Source: Marsupella aquatica (Eukaryota > Plantae > Marchantiophyta). From it: a stretch of DNA of 64,000 nucleotides. The stretch is from the NCBI GenBank assembly GCA_973895155.1, contig OZ316893.1:20752855-20816854 (forward strand), in the 5' to 3' direction. The notes beneath the pieces are model-generated. The model was not told the DNA's origin. It ran no database searches and saw nothing but the letters and a program-made list of their open reading frames with translations. The first letter of the stretch is position 1. Every line of letters starts with the position of its first letter. Made by a program: the position numbers and the translations under genes. Positions 23,071 through 35,449 of the stretch are shown here, in pieces.

Positions 23071-25479
23071 CTAATCCTTCATACCAAATGGTAGTCGACA
23101 AGACACAGTCACAACTGTGGAAGCCACCACTAGCAGATACGACAGCAAGCCTGCCGGTACGAGGGCCGTCGAGGCACTTTCATTTCGAGCAGGTATCCCG
23201 AACGTTTCTGCACATGGACAAGATGGAACTTCGGAACTTTTCTTGGCTCGGCTTGCTCAAAATATTGGCCTCCTTAAATTTGCCTTGGGTTTCTCCATCA
23301 GAAAGTTGCATAATAATTTAGATTCTTAGAGCGAAATTGGTTTGTTGCAATGACTATTCTGTGCTGTTTTAAATTCCATTGGTGGTAATGGGAAATTTTC
23401 GAGTGCAACATCGAAGAGTGGAAATTCTTTTGGCATATCTGTCACCTCCAACTGTGAAATGAAGTGGCGAGTTGCTAATTTGAGCGCCTCCAGATGTGAT
23501 CGTCGCAATGTAATCTCCAGTGTAAATGGGCGTAATGGGCGCCAAATAGTAGCCACTCTCGCTGTAGCTGTCCGGTTCTGGAGGAATTTGCAACGTTGCA
23601 GGCCCTCCGCTACTTGTCGTCACCTAAGTGCTAGGTTCAATCACAGAAAAATGTCGTCATCAGTGCTGCCTTTCCAGTCCAGGCAGAACCTTGTTTAATG
23701 GATGCCAAAATCTGGCATGGCTAGGGAGTGAGCAAGCCTAAATGTCTTGGAAGTCTCTCGAGGGCAACAAACTGGCACGAAATTTCAATTGATTAATCAT
23801 CCTGTTAAAAAAAAGCTTCCGATTGGATGGGGTGGAGGGGTTGTTCAGATTGGGCCCGTTACAACGACTGGAGGTTAGGTGGAACTAAGTAGTATAAGTT
23901 GAAGGTGAAAGACATGATGTGGAACGACTCATCATTGGTATTCTAGCAATTGAACATTTTACGCTAGTATGGATTATGCAGAAATCGTCCTCTGTTTTCT
24001 CAAAGCATCGTCTGAATAGTTTCTAGGTGTTTCTGGTCTCAGACAATTTTCTTCCATTGTTAAGAATTTCTTTCCCGTTCTGTACGCCTTGTTTTGGAAG
24101 GTTGAATTTTAATGATGTTGACTCAGAGAGCATGGAACTCACGACTACTGAGAATGGAATTGGTCTGCCCCAAGCTACACCGCTGTTCAAACAGACAGGG
24201 TTGTGCGCCTGATCGTTGAGCCACAGGCGAAGCATGTTCTTGTGGTAGATTCCAACTGGTGGATCTGCAAATTCTGCCCATGTATATTCTGGAACCGGAG
24301 TTCCTGCACCCATCACCACACGCCTTACAACGCCAGCAGGATTACTGTCAAGTGGGATCTCCGGGTATTTACGTGCTCAAGTCAATGTATGCAGTAAGTG
24401 CTGTTTAATAAGTTGTGAGGATAGGATGTGTATGGGCACTGTCGCCTCTTTCTTCTGTGATGAGCCACCCTTTTAGGATTTGATCATGAACTACTTCTCG
24501 CAAGCCGCTTCCCCTCCCAACCTTCAGGAAACGACAGTACTCGTGTAGAAATTATAATTTTGCGCACCAAAGTTGATGTTGATTCATCCACTTACTGCTC
24601 CATGGGTTTGAAATTAGGAATCGGGAGCGGAAAAGATCTTACCAGCCTGGAAGTAAAGATCATTTCTTATAGTTGCAAGTACGGTCGTGTTGTCAAGAGA
24701 CATGACGGTCATCACAAGATAGTACATGTCGCCTATGACGACCAAATGATTTGATGCAGTACATGACGCAGGGTAGTGGCCTGGATTGGTTGTATTCTGC
24801 GGCCCCACTAAACACGTCATATTGCCTTCCAGAGCTTCAGACCCACTTCCTTCCATATATTCTACAGAAAACTGCCAAGATGTATGATATGACAAGGCCA
24901 ACAGCGTGATTAGTGACATCAGCTGAGGCCATGAGAATTGGGCTAATTAAACCTAGGTCTGCAATCTTCGCGAGCATGCAGACGTAGAGGAAGAAGTTTC
25001 AATCGTGTATGATTTTGAGGTCATTTTTGTAGCGACAATGATACATAATCAGAACTTGGACGTCTCTCACAGAGATTGGTGGTCAATTTAGAGCTTCAAC
25101 TATGTATGTGGCTTACGGATTGAAATGAGGTGGCACAATGTTTGCGCAAGAGCGCATAAAAACTTACAAATATTCTGTTGGAGTAGTCGGCAGTAATTGG
25201 CACACAGGTGGAACAATTGCCAACCATGCACGCAACATAATTATCATAGCATGTGGGATTTTCACACAATATGTCCATCAGATCAACGTCAAGAAGCAGC
25301 GGAATGTCTTGATATATAATTGCGCACGTCGCCGTGTAAGTCATATTAGGCCATGTGACACTGGAGCAATTTTCGCTTACAATCCCAGTACTAATTTGAG
25401 CGTCAGACCGTGAGAAAAAACTAGTGATACACACAAGGCTCAGAAATAAGCTCGAGAATGGGTCGCAGACAGTCACCAT
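23071..25479 (-). CDS. Secreted/membrane-anchored protein with filamin/Ig-like repeat(s), GEX2-related, about 338 aa, 5 exons
   Basis: Hand-spliced exons 25479-25168, 24871-24643, 24303-24143, 23623-23446 and 23207-23071 total 1017 nt in an open frame with GT-AG sites. Signal peptide (FSSLFLSLVCITSFFSRSDA), Cys-rich N-terminal part, LRLWLNDQAHNPV, filamin-type GDYIATITSGGAQISNSPLHFTV, hydrophobic C-terminus (ALVPAGLLSYLLVVASTVVTVS). Confidence 0.75.
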
Positions 25480-28400
25480 CTCGATCTACAGTGTAAGATT
25501 AGAATTGATTAATGCAACCATTCACCATGGAGATTTCCTGTGTGTTGACAGCAAGAGCGCAGACTCGCTGAGTGAGATGCTTTTAACAAAGAAGAGTGCA
25601 CACATCGGAGTTTTGTGTACTGTCGAGGTGCAAGTTCGTCAATGTCTATCACGGTTCATTCAGTATGAAATGCAGAATTTTGCCTCTTCTTCCTCTATTG
25701 CACCTTCTTTCTTGCGCCAAGAAAATGGCAAAACGTTGAATTGTCCGTTTTTTGAGGGTTTCCACTCATTTTATCTCCATGGAGAGCAAACGCGTCTCCC
25801 AGCCATATTGATGGTTTAGGTGCCAGAGACTTTATAGCCGTGTTCGGCAAACATACATCCGCATTAGTGCCCAGTAGCCCGAAGCCCACTAGTCCAAAGA
25901 AGGAGGAAGGTGTCGTAGATCTTGAGATGTCACGAAACCCTAAAGTATCCCGAGCATTGATCAATCGAATAGAAATGTGCTTCTGAGAGAGATTCTAGTT
26001 GTTGACAGTTTTCATTATCACTGAAAATTCAACTTGTTTTGAGAATTGGCTTTTGTAACCCAGATTTCATTTTGGTCACGACAACCCATATTCTGCAATG
26101 TGGAATTTTCTGTGAAAACTTGATGGTGAAACTGATTTTTTAAAGTCCGAGCTCCAATTGTGCATCGGGTCCCATCCACTTGTTCACGGTCATGCTGTTC
26201 GACGGAAATGGCTGGGATGAAAATTTTCAAATTTCTTGTAAAGGTAAAGTCAATTTAAAAAAAAAAGGGAAACCTGATTCTAGAAATCCGTTCTTTCCTG
26301 AACTTAGTGCTGGGGAAATTTCCGTTAGGATAGGATTTCACTTGGGTAGTCAGAAGACCAAAAGTGATAAACCTTAGCAAGGAAACACTTAAAATACAAC
26401 ATTTCTTACACCCTGAAGGCCACCTTAGCCATGTCAGGAAACAATTTGTTAACTTGAAGCTTACTCTGCACCTTTTCTCCATGGCGTTTTCTCCTCGAAC
26501 TGTTTTTTTAGGGCGTCGTTAGCAAGCACGCGTTGGGGGAATATTGCAGTGCATGTACTGCCTCAATGCCGGAGTGGGCACAACGTCACAAATCGTTGAA
26601 GCCTAGCCAAACCAAAGTACAGTACGCTGTTTTAACTCGTCCTAATCCAAACTGTTTCATGGCTCTTGGCTTCTTCATGACAGCATTGAAACGTTGGAAA
26701 CATTGTAAATACACCCAAAAACTATGCTGCTAATGGAGCATATACGCTCAACCTCACTCAATCCAGCCAACGAGTATCCATCCGAAAAAATTAAAAACTT
26801 CCCTCAAGTTTCATAAAGTCTAAGCTCAATCCTCTCCCCACCAATATCCCACATCTGACTGACGGAAGCTGGAAATTTCAGGTTCAATTACTTTGATGAC
26901 ACTCAATTACACTGGAACGGAAGATTCATATCCTCATCCAGGTTGCACCATTTGGGGCCTCTCGGGGAGGGGAATTACTCGAGCGAGCGTTGTGGAAAAC
27001 GTCTTGGCTCAGGGGACGATGTTGTGAACATTCGCCGTTGAGCAGCGAGAATAGAAGGGAAGAACCTGAAATCATCAATGTCGTGCAAAGTTAGCGGTTA
27101 ACGAGACCACCCTCATGCTTATAAGTTTTTGGGTCTCCAAGAGCCTGAGAGACAATGCAGAGTTCTGCCGTTCCTTCACCACAGCATTCAGTTGAAAGAG
27201 GCACAGTGAACAATTATCTTCATTTTTTTGGGTCTTCCTCAATGCGTCAAACGAAATCGTAACTGCCATGTCAGCCGACACTCACGAAATGCAATGCCAT
27301 GCAATGTAGTCCTTTGCATGAAGATGCTATCAGTTGGGCATGCACGGGATGCGGAACGAGTGAGAGAACTTTGAATCCAGTTCATTCGCATTCAATTCGT
27401 ACAAGATTGAATTTAATTTACCCTTCGATCCTCAAATCAATCGAATTCAATCCCTTCCAATTCTACTCATCTCAAAATAGGATGTAAATTGAAATAAGTT
27501 CGCCTCTCTTCTACGACAGTGAGGAAGAGAACTCGATATCGTTCAATATCGTTTCGCGAAGATATTTCTTCTTCGTTGCTTCACGGAGGAATCCCCATCC
27601 AGCCCAGGGCAATTCATCTCTTCTCCTTCCTCCGAGAGTTGTTTCTCTTTCCTTACGATTTAGCTAGAGAATTCAAGTTCATCTTGGGGACACTCTACTT
27701 GTATGCCCGTTATAGAATTTCTTTCTGCAGCCGTTGGCACTGAGTCCTCCTTTCTTCTCCACTGTGTGAGAGTGAGGGCCACGCATTGACAGGCATTAGG
27801 TCTGTCTATGTGAACAATGACTTCAATTTGGTCTCAGGAGGTTTCCCTCTTTCTTCACGAATGAGATATTGAATCCCAGTCTCGTCAAGGCAGGAGGCTT
27901 GATTAGTTTCATTATTTTGAGTACGGTCTGTCTATACGCAGTACTCACGAGATGAATCTTGCTTCAGGTCCAATGCGCAGGTTGCTCACCTTAGCTGGAA
28001 ATGGTATTCCATTCTCAGAGCGTGACATCCTTTCTCTCGAGTTCAGGGATTGGCCTAGAAATTTGTTGAATGACAATGAACAGCAGATATTCAGGATCAG
28101 GAGATAAGGCAGAGATCTATGTGACTTATGTGAGTGAATAAGCACTCCACGAATCAAGGAGTGAAGGGCTGATGCATTCAACCTCACTGGTAATAGAGCA
28201 GTTAGAAGCTGGCGAAAGCGTGTAGAAGGAGGTGAGAAATTCATGTGCTGCGCGTCTATGGCGGCATGTGACACAATCCAGCCTTGGCATCGCTTTGTGG
28301 CAGTACTTCTGCTCAGCACCTGTGGGTAGGTAACATCGTGGGTGGGAGCCCAAGAGCCGGAAAAATCAGTCAAGCCGAATGGAGGAGCCTCAAGAGTCCG

Positions 28401-29479
28401 TGAAGTGGAAGCAAAGATTGCCCATGGACAAACAGAACCACGATGACGAGACAAGGCGAGACCCACAACAGAAATATCGCTGGTGGTTTTGCAAATGGTG
28501 ACACGAATAGTGATACAATTGGTCGACCAGCTATATCATTGATTACCGACGGGGTTTGGCATCTCGGACGACAACCATGACCCAAGCTTGGTCTGTTAAG
28601 GACTCAAGGTGGTGTGCCAAGACGGGCCGCTCCATGTGATTGTTTCAACAAGTTCAGGCCATTTGCCCCAATGACGCGGGACACTCTTTCAAAGATGGTG
28701 CTGGTTTGGGGGATTTTTCTGTGGGCGTTATGCGCAAACTCGTTACGCACGTCCTCCGGTGCGTGTTGGAACAATACAGAGTGCTTCTAGTGATGATTTC
28801 TAATCAATGTTTTCTACTTGCTAGTGGACTCGGAAAACTTGGGACTTGGGCACCTTTCCCTTTTCCATTCCAATCTTTTTGGAGATACACGATTTGAGAA
28901 ACCTATTTTCATGGTTTCCGTTGATGCTTTCATTCATGAAGTTGTTAGGAAGTTGAGTAGATTATGATACAGTTATTCATTCTGCTGCACAAGGTTAGGG
29001 AGCGTCATCTGCACAAGTATCCGGACAAGAACTTCTGTCCAAGCAATATAAGTTTGTGGAGTTGTGTATAGCTTTGATCCAATGCGAGGGGCCCTGATTG
29101 TTGACCTGTGATAACGATTGCCAGCGGGTAGGGTCCGAAGGTCTTAGATCCTGAACTGGCACCTAGCAATGTCAACTAAGTACTGGGACTGAACAGTGCT
29201 TAAATCTGCAGGCCATCCGTGTATTGCCAAAATGATTTGCACGACTAAAGGTTTTTCAGAACAGCAATCAACTTCTCTACTTAATGGAGATCCCAATGCC
29301 TTGAACAGAACAATGTATGATATTGACTGCGAAGATGTACTGGAGACTAATTCTGGCAAACTCGATCCAGTTTGCTCCGAAGGTACTTTTGATTTATCTT
29401 CTGGAGCATAAGTGCGGATGTTGTATATGAAATTTCCAAAATTGGAGGCTGTCAGCACCACGGGTTAGAGATTCTGCAG

Positions 29480-30223
29480 AACTTCGGCCATTGAGTTTCT
29501 GCGAGGTGATCTCAAGTTGGTCTCAGTAGTCAATGGTGAGATTTCTTTCTTGAGTAGTGGCAGCTAGAATTACACTGACTTCTAAAGGACACTCCAATTC
29601 TCTGTTGCAGGATCTCTAAGATACGTAAACCATTGGCTCCATGGAGCCAAGGATAGGAAGCAAGATGGGCCAGAAAGCCCACTATTTGTGTGCCGCTTTA
29701 AGCAGAACAAAGACACTGTGAAAAGTGTTGCTGTTTACATGCTGAAAGCCACAAGGACTTTAGTAATAGCCACGGCAAGTAAAGTCTCTGGCAAAGAGGG
29801 ACCACAGTCAAGGCAAGCATGGCATGACGAGAACTCGATCTATCTAAGGGTTGTAGGTGTGCCGAACAGCACATCTAATGTGCTCTCCTCTGTTCTTTCC
29901 AGAGGTACGTACATTCTTCAAAAGTGGTTTCTGGTGGCAAGTTCAGTTGTAAAAGGAAGTTCATTGCCTTGCTGCTCGTTGGGAAAATTTGATGACACAC
30001 ACCGATCAGTTTGCTGCTCTAACTCACGTCATGCATATCATTTGCGACTGAAATTTATGAATGGAAATAGGCAACTTGAAATGCAGAAATTTGGCCAATC
30101 TCAAAGAATGACTTGGTTCAGACGGCCATTGATGAAACTGTGGTTGCTGACCTCCCGAAGAATCATAATCATGTTTTTGAGACTGCATGGATGGAAGGCG
30201 CTCAGGTAGTGGATTTGAATTAG
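29480..30223 (+). pseudogene. 3' exons of an unidentified gene; upstream part appears disrupted
   Basis: Phase-compatible GT-AG exons ending at 29535, then 29611-29904 and 30087-30223 give an open frame (...GSLRYVNHWLHG...EIWPISKNDLVQTAIDE...VVDLN*). Sequence from about 27800 to 29470 looks coding-like but is interrupted by stops. Confidence 0.35.
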
Positions 30224-31653
30224 ACTGATGAGCAATTCTCTGGGCACAGGTCTTTCATTTTGGTACTAGCTGGCAAAATAATTGATTCATCTTTTGAAAG
30301 TGAGGCTTTTCACAGTTGCATTTAACTTACGAATTAGTACGTGGACCACCGCAGTACTCAGTACGGCATGCTCGTTATCTGGGTCTTCGAAATAATTGTG
30401 TTCTCTTCTTGATATCCCATTTCCCTTCCCGTGGGCATATCGTCCATGACTGGATCGCGAGTAATTATGAATTGGTTGAGCGCTATGATTTCCAGTGATT
30501 TGATGATCTGAGAAATAACAATTTGCTTGGAAATTAGAGCTTTGCGCATGCCACAGACCTGTGCATGACGCAAAATATCACTGGAAAAAAGGCCCGGAAC
30601 AAATCTTGTGTCAAGTGAAAGCAGGAGGAATATGTCACTCTTTTAGTATAAATCAGGGACCTACTTTTTCGACGAGCCAGGAAGGTGGGCTTAGAGTTGG
30701 GTGACATGAGAGGCAAGATGGTTAGCTATGACTTACATTTAGCTCCAGATGAAGTAGCAATACAAATGAGTTCGTTCTACTTTTCGCTGTAAGCGAAACA
30801 GAGACAAGGTACACATTCCATTTGCAGCAACCTCACCTGGCTTGCATCTAGATTTGATTTTGCCAGATTTCACAAGTGAGAAAGAACAGGAGATTGTTCT
30901 CCTGACCTCCGAATCAGGTAACGCTAATGCTTTCGAACTTAAAAGGTGGTAAGACCAGGTTTCATGCACTGTCTAATGCCCCAGAGCCCGGTTTTCCTTC
31001 AAAGCCAAATGTCTGGTTCGACGAGGCAGAAGGGACTCCTCCGTGAACTGTCATTTAATGAGATGCCGTTAAGGCCAGGATTACGGACGAATTTCTGTCA
31101 TGCTTTTCGGAGCAAGGTGCAAGACTGTCCAGTCACAATGAGAAGTTTACGTTGAAGAACAACCACACTAATGCGGTCAAGCAGTGAGGACTATAACAAT
31201 CGAAGCTTTGTTATTTAATTACCCAGTTTATGAAAAGGCACGGATTTCGTGTCTACAGTGACCTTCACACGCAGTATCTTTGAAAACGAGGACAACTTTG
31301 ACTGATTCAATCAATGTCCTAAACAACCGGAGTCCATGAGCCAAGTCACTAAATTAGAGAGGCTCTGCATCACCAGAACAATTCAACAAATTTGTCGTTC
31401 GGCTCTTTAACCATTTGAACCCAATATAACTTCGCCATGTAGTTTTTGTCATTGTTTACAATTTCTGTTCGTCAAGCCGTTAAGAGTACGGCCATGGGAT
31501 AGCACGCAGCTCAGAAGTCAAGCTAAAATCAGGATACTAGGTCCAGAACGAATTTCTAAAGATTCAGAGATTCACATATTCACACATTCTTTAGAATTCA
31601 CACATTCACACATTGTTCAATTCTGTGGTTAAGGGGAATTCTTGTGTATGCAG

Positions 31654-34600
31654 ATACTCAAACAGGATTCAGAACAGATACGGGAACCCCTGCTGATGTG
31701 CACACCGTTGAGAGGTTTGTCCGAACTTAAGAACATCTCAAACTTGGCGAGAGGCTTCTTAAATCGGAGTCCACCGTCAAGACTTACAGTGCTCGGAGAT
31801 CACGTCCAAAGAAACAACCAATTGCAGGAGTTTCCCAGCATGCGGCGAAGGCAATCTAGACCAAGGTAGTATGTAAGCCTGTTTCTTCTCATTTTGCAAT
31901 TGCTTTACGCATATTTTCTGTAATTTTGACATCGCAAATTATCCCTGCTATTCACAATTTTGGTACAGGCGTCGGCGATTGCTTCAGGTTGTGGCTCCAG
32001 CAAATGCTTCAGTTGTGCCTCAAGTAAATGCTACCGTTGTGCCTCCAGTAAATGCTTCAGTTGTGCCTCCAGTAAATGCTTCAGTTGTGCCTCCAGCAAA
32101 TGCTTCACATGTGACCCCAGTTTTGGCTCCGGTAAATGCTTCACATTTTATGGCTCCAGCTCCAGCTCCAGCTCCAGTTACGGCTCCTGCTCCAGCTCCA
32201 GTTATGGCTCCTGCTCCAGCTCCAGTGATGGCGCCTGCTCCAGCTCCAGTGATGGCTCCTGCTCCATCTCCAACAGTGATAACTCCACCACCTCCACAGA
32301 CGCGCCATCCACCACCACCACCACCACCTCCACAGACGCGCCATCCACCACCACCACCTCCTCCACCGACGAGGCATCCACCACCACCTCCGTCTCCGTT
32401 TTTTTTCCCTCCCGCTCCACCTCCACCTAAATCTCCTCCACTGGTTTACCTTAATATACCTCCTGGTCAAGAGAACCTCATACACCCAATTATTCACGCC
32501 CCTGACACCTACAACATTGCAAATGTTTCTGTGTACATCACTGGAGTTGATATACCATTCATCAATATTACCCCGAGTAGCATACTCTTACGTGCTCTAC
32601 AAAAGCGATCTGATCATGTTGTGGAGTTGCCCAGGCTGCACGTCGGAAGACAAGATACAAAAAGGTAAGCTCGTAGAATCTCAAAGATATATTCCACACT
32701 GCCTTATCAGGATTTGATCATCCTTTCCCTGAACCTTTCAATTAATACCTTTTTCATCTGGTTCAGGGCTCGTCGATTGTTTCAAGCTGCTCTGACTCCA
32801 GTAGTCAGCAGTGGAATATCTATTAAGGCTTCTACCACTTGGGTACCCAGGACTAACGGAGTATCAAAACGTAAGGTAGCTCTGTATAAGCTTGTACATT
32901 GTGTATTGTCCTTTGGTTCACTTCCTGAGTAAGCACAGTCAATGCCATTTCCTACTGTAAAAATAGTTACTTTGTGATTTTCAGAGCTGCTTCTTTACCT
33001 GCAAGTGGACGCTGGATCACTGGTGGTGCTCCTTCCTGGATACCTGCTACAAAACACTATGCATCAACCAACAATTACTGATGAATGGACCGCAACCATG
33101 AACAGCTCAGATCCTTGGGTCTGGGTACCTGGAGCAGGAATTCAGTTCTTGGGAACAGTGACAGAAATCAATGAAGCTCTCTCAAGTCTGATGTTTGGAT
33201 TGGGTGTTGGCACTGTAAGTTTTCTGAATGTGTTCCAACCGATCCAACACATACAGTGTGTTTTATTCAGAATCCTACATTGTATTCATTCATTTTCCTT
33301 TACTTTAGTTGCAGGATACTCAGCTGCATTCAGACTAAGGGGAAGTTGTCACCTGCGAGTCAGACTTGTAATGATTTTGGCGTAAATCATTTAAGCTGTC
33401 AATGACCCGACCTCAAATGAAACCTGGCATCATGCAGGGAAAGAGCAGGACCGTTAATTTATTAGTGCTGGCAAGCCATACGTTTAATAATCTGTCATCA
33501 ATTACAGTGACACAGGCCAAAAAGTCGATCACATTGTCAGTGGAAGGAGCGGGCGCGTGGTTCGCAATTTTTAGTAAGTGTTCATACAGAATCAATTAAC
33601 CTTCAATAAAAAATTTCCTTTCCTAACTGATGATTGATGTCTTGCAAGAGCTCTGACATAACACCTTCCCCTGCTCTGAAAACGAAACACCATGTCTGTG
33701 ACATTATTGTTCAAGCTACGGAGATATGCAGAAATACTGTAAAGTGAATCTTACTTAATTCAGGATAAGGTGAGACAAATTTTATAGTCTTCCAAGTAAA
33801 GGCGTGTGAGATTTCAAAGACATTGCGACATAATCACTTACTGGGTATTTTGAGCTTTGAGTTTTCTATCCATCTTGCTGAGCGATTTGTGTAGCTGAAG
33901 TCACATGCTGATGTTTGATGAGTCGTTTATTTGCCTTTCTTACTTCGTCGAACTGCATTCTAACTAGATTTGGAATGGTGTTTGCAGCGTATACAAAGAC
34001 TTTCTACCGAAGTTCCGTCGGTGTGCTTTGCTTCTGTGCAATGATCTTGATTTTCCTCTGCTGCATCCTTGGATGTTGTGTGTGTCACGATGCAAGAATG
34101 GAAAAAATATTTCAACAGAATAAAACAGTTCTGAAGGCCCAAAATGCAGTATTCAACGAAACAAGGGTTAGTCTCGTCTAGATTGTAGCTCCAGTGTTCA
34201 AATGTTAGCTGGATATAACTTTGCTGGTTGAGCTGTCGTTGTCCTTGGTCCTTTGTCTGAGTTATGTGTGTTTTAGTCAGATATGACCATTCATTTGTTA
34301 ATTTCACTGACAGCCTTAATTTCATCTTGACTATCGCGGATTCCAGTCTTTCAGAGAACCCTGTCCATGTTTTGTTTGCAGGTGTTTAATCCTGTTTGGA
34401 TACCAAGTGCCCCAGTTCTACCCGGAAGAGACAAATTTGTTGTAGTACATAATCCTAAGTTTCTCCAACAACGCCTGGCTGAGCATTTGTCAAGGTACCA
34501 TGGTGAACTTCATAGATTGATATCTATAATGAGGATCAACTCAGTACGCTTGAATCATTTTCCTTCAGTGAATTCATGAGTCAATGCTATAATCCACCTT

Positions 34601-34950
34601 TTGCGAATAATGGGGAACAAATCGTGCTTTGCAGTTTGCATGGGGCCGTGGTTGAGAAAGTTGTGTCAGTCCTAGACTTGAGAAGAGGTAAAGGTGAAGA
34701 AAGTTTGGGTTTGAAGGACAACGAAAGCAACAGTGATCAAGGGTCAGCATCAGCGACTAGTCGAGCAGATTCAAGCGACAATGATAGTGTATCCTCACAA
34801 TCCACACATTATACAATCAAGGATAACAGAAAACCTGTATCTCCTTTATCGGGGAGGGCGATGAGCCCTGGTTCTGATTCCACTCACTATGAAATTGGGT
34901 CTCCCGACAACGCAAGCGGGAGTGATGAGACAGAATCCGTGAATGGTTAA
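31654..34950 (+). CDS. Chimeric Pro-rich (AGP/extensin-like) plus GEX2 C-terminal-like single-pass membrane protein; one exon damaged, 5' end unresolved
   Basis: Exons about 31654-31865, 31969-32664, 32767-32870, 32985-33214, (33315-33396)-33573, 33988-34166, 34382-34494 and 34635-34950. Contains VVPPVNAS, APAPAPVM and QTRHPPPPPPP repeats, the segment LYLQVDAGSLVVLLPGYLL...GAGIQFLGTVTEINEALSSL, a TM helix VGVLCFCAMILIFLCCILGCCVC and a Ser/Asp-rich tail. Confidence 0.7.
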
Positions 34951-35449
34951 GGCCAGCTTCGTGTGAGAGTACCCCTCCACCTTTACAACAGGAATGATGT
35001 CACAACACGCTGCATCAAGGACATTGGGAGCACGTCGCAAAATATTCCAATTTTCAATTGCTGTACTAATAGAGCTTGCACTTGTTGAGATTTATTACAT
35101 TGTGGAGAAGCCGCGATTTCGTTTCCTCTATCTGGTGTTTGCACAAATCAGTTCATTAGGATGCGCTTAGTTTTGATGTGACATTGTGAAGATAGTGTCC
35201 TCACCAAAGTATACCTGCGGTGGTGAATATGGAATCAATTTAATGTAGCTTCATTTTAGGCTGCGATTTCGCCACCTTCATGTGGTGTTTGTCAAAAATC
35301 AGTTTCAGTGGGAATGGTTTTGAGTGGGAATGAGAGGTAAGCATAGGAGCTCTCACGCATATATACAGGTTCTGAATTCGAGCATCAATTCACTGCATTG
35401 CTTCATTAAGGTTGAGCTTCCTATCTCAGATGATGGACATTCATTTATA

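Noticed and set aside
26900-28700. HET (heterokaryon incompatibility) domain relic suggested by DAISW and similar fragments
   Set aside because: The diagnostic WIDxxCI and WFxRxWTLQE motifs are not identifiable; too weak to call.
31960-32497. Metallothionein-like CFSCASSK ORF and Trp/Arg-rich antisense ORF
   Set aside because: Alternative frames of the VVPPVNAS/APAP repeats; splice phases support the Pro-rich frame.
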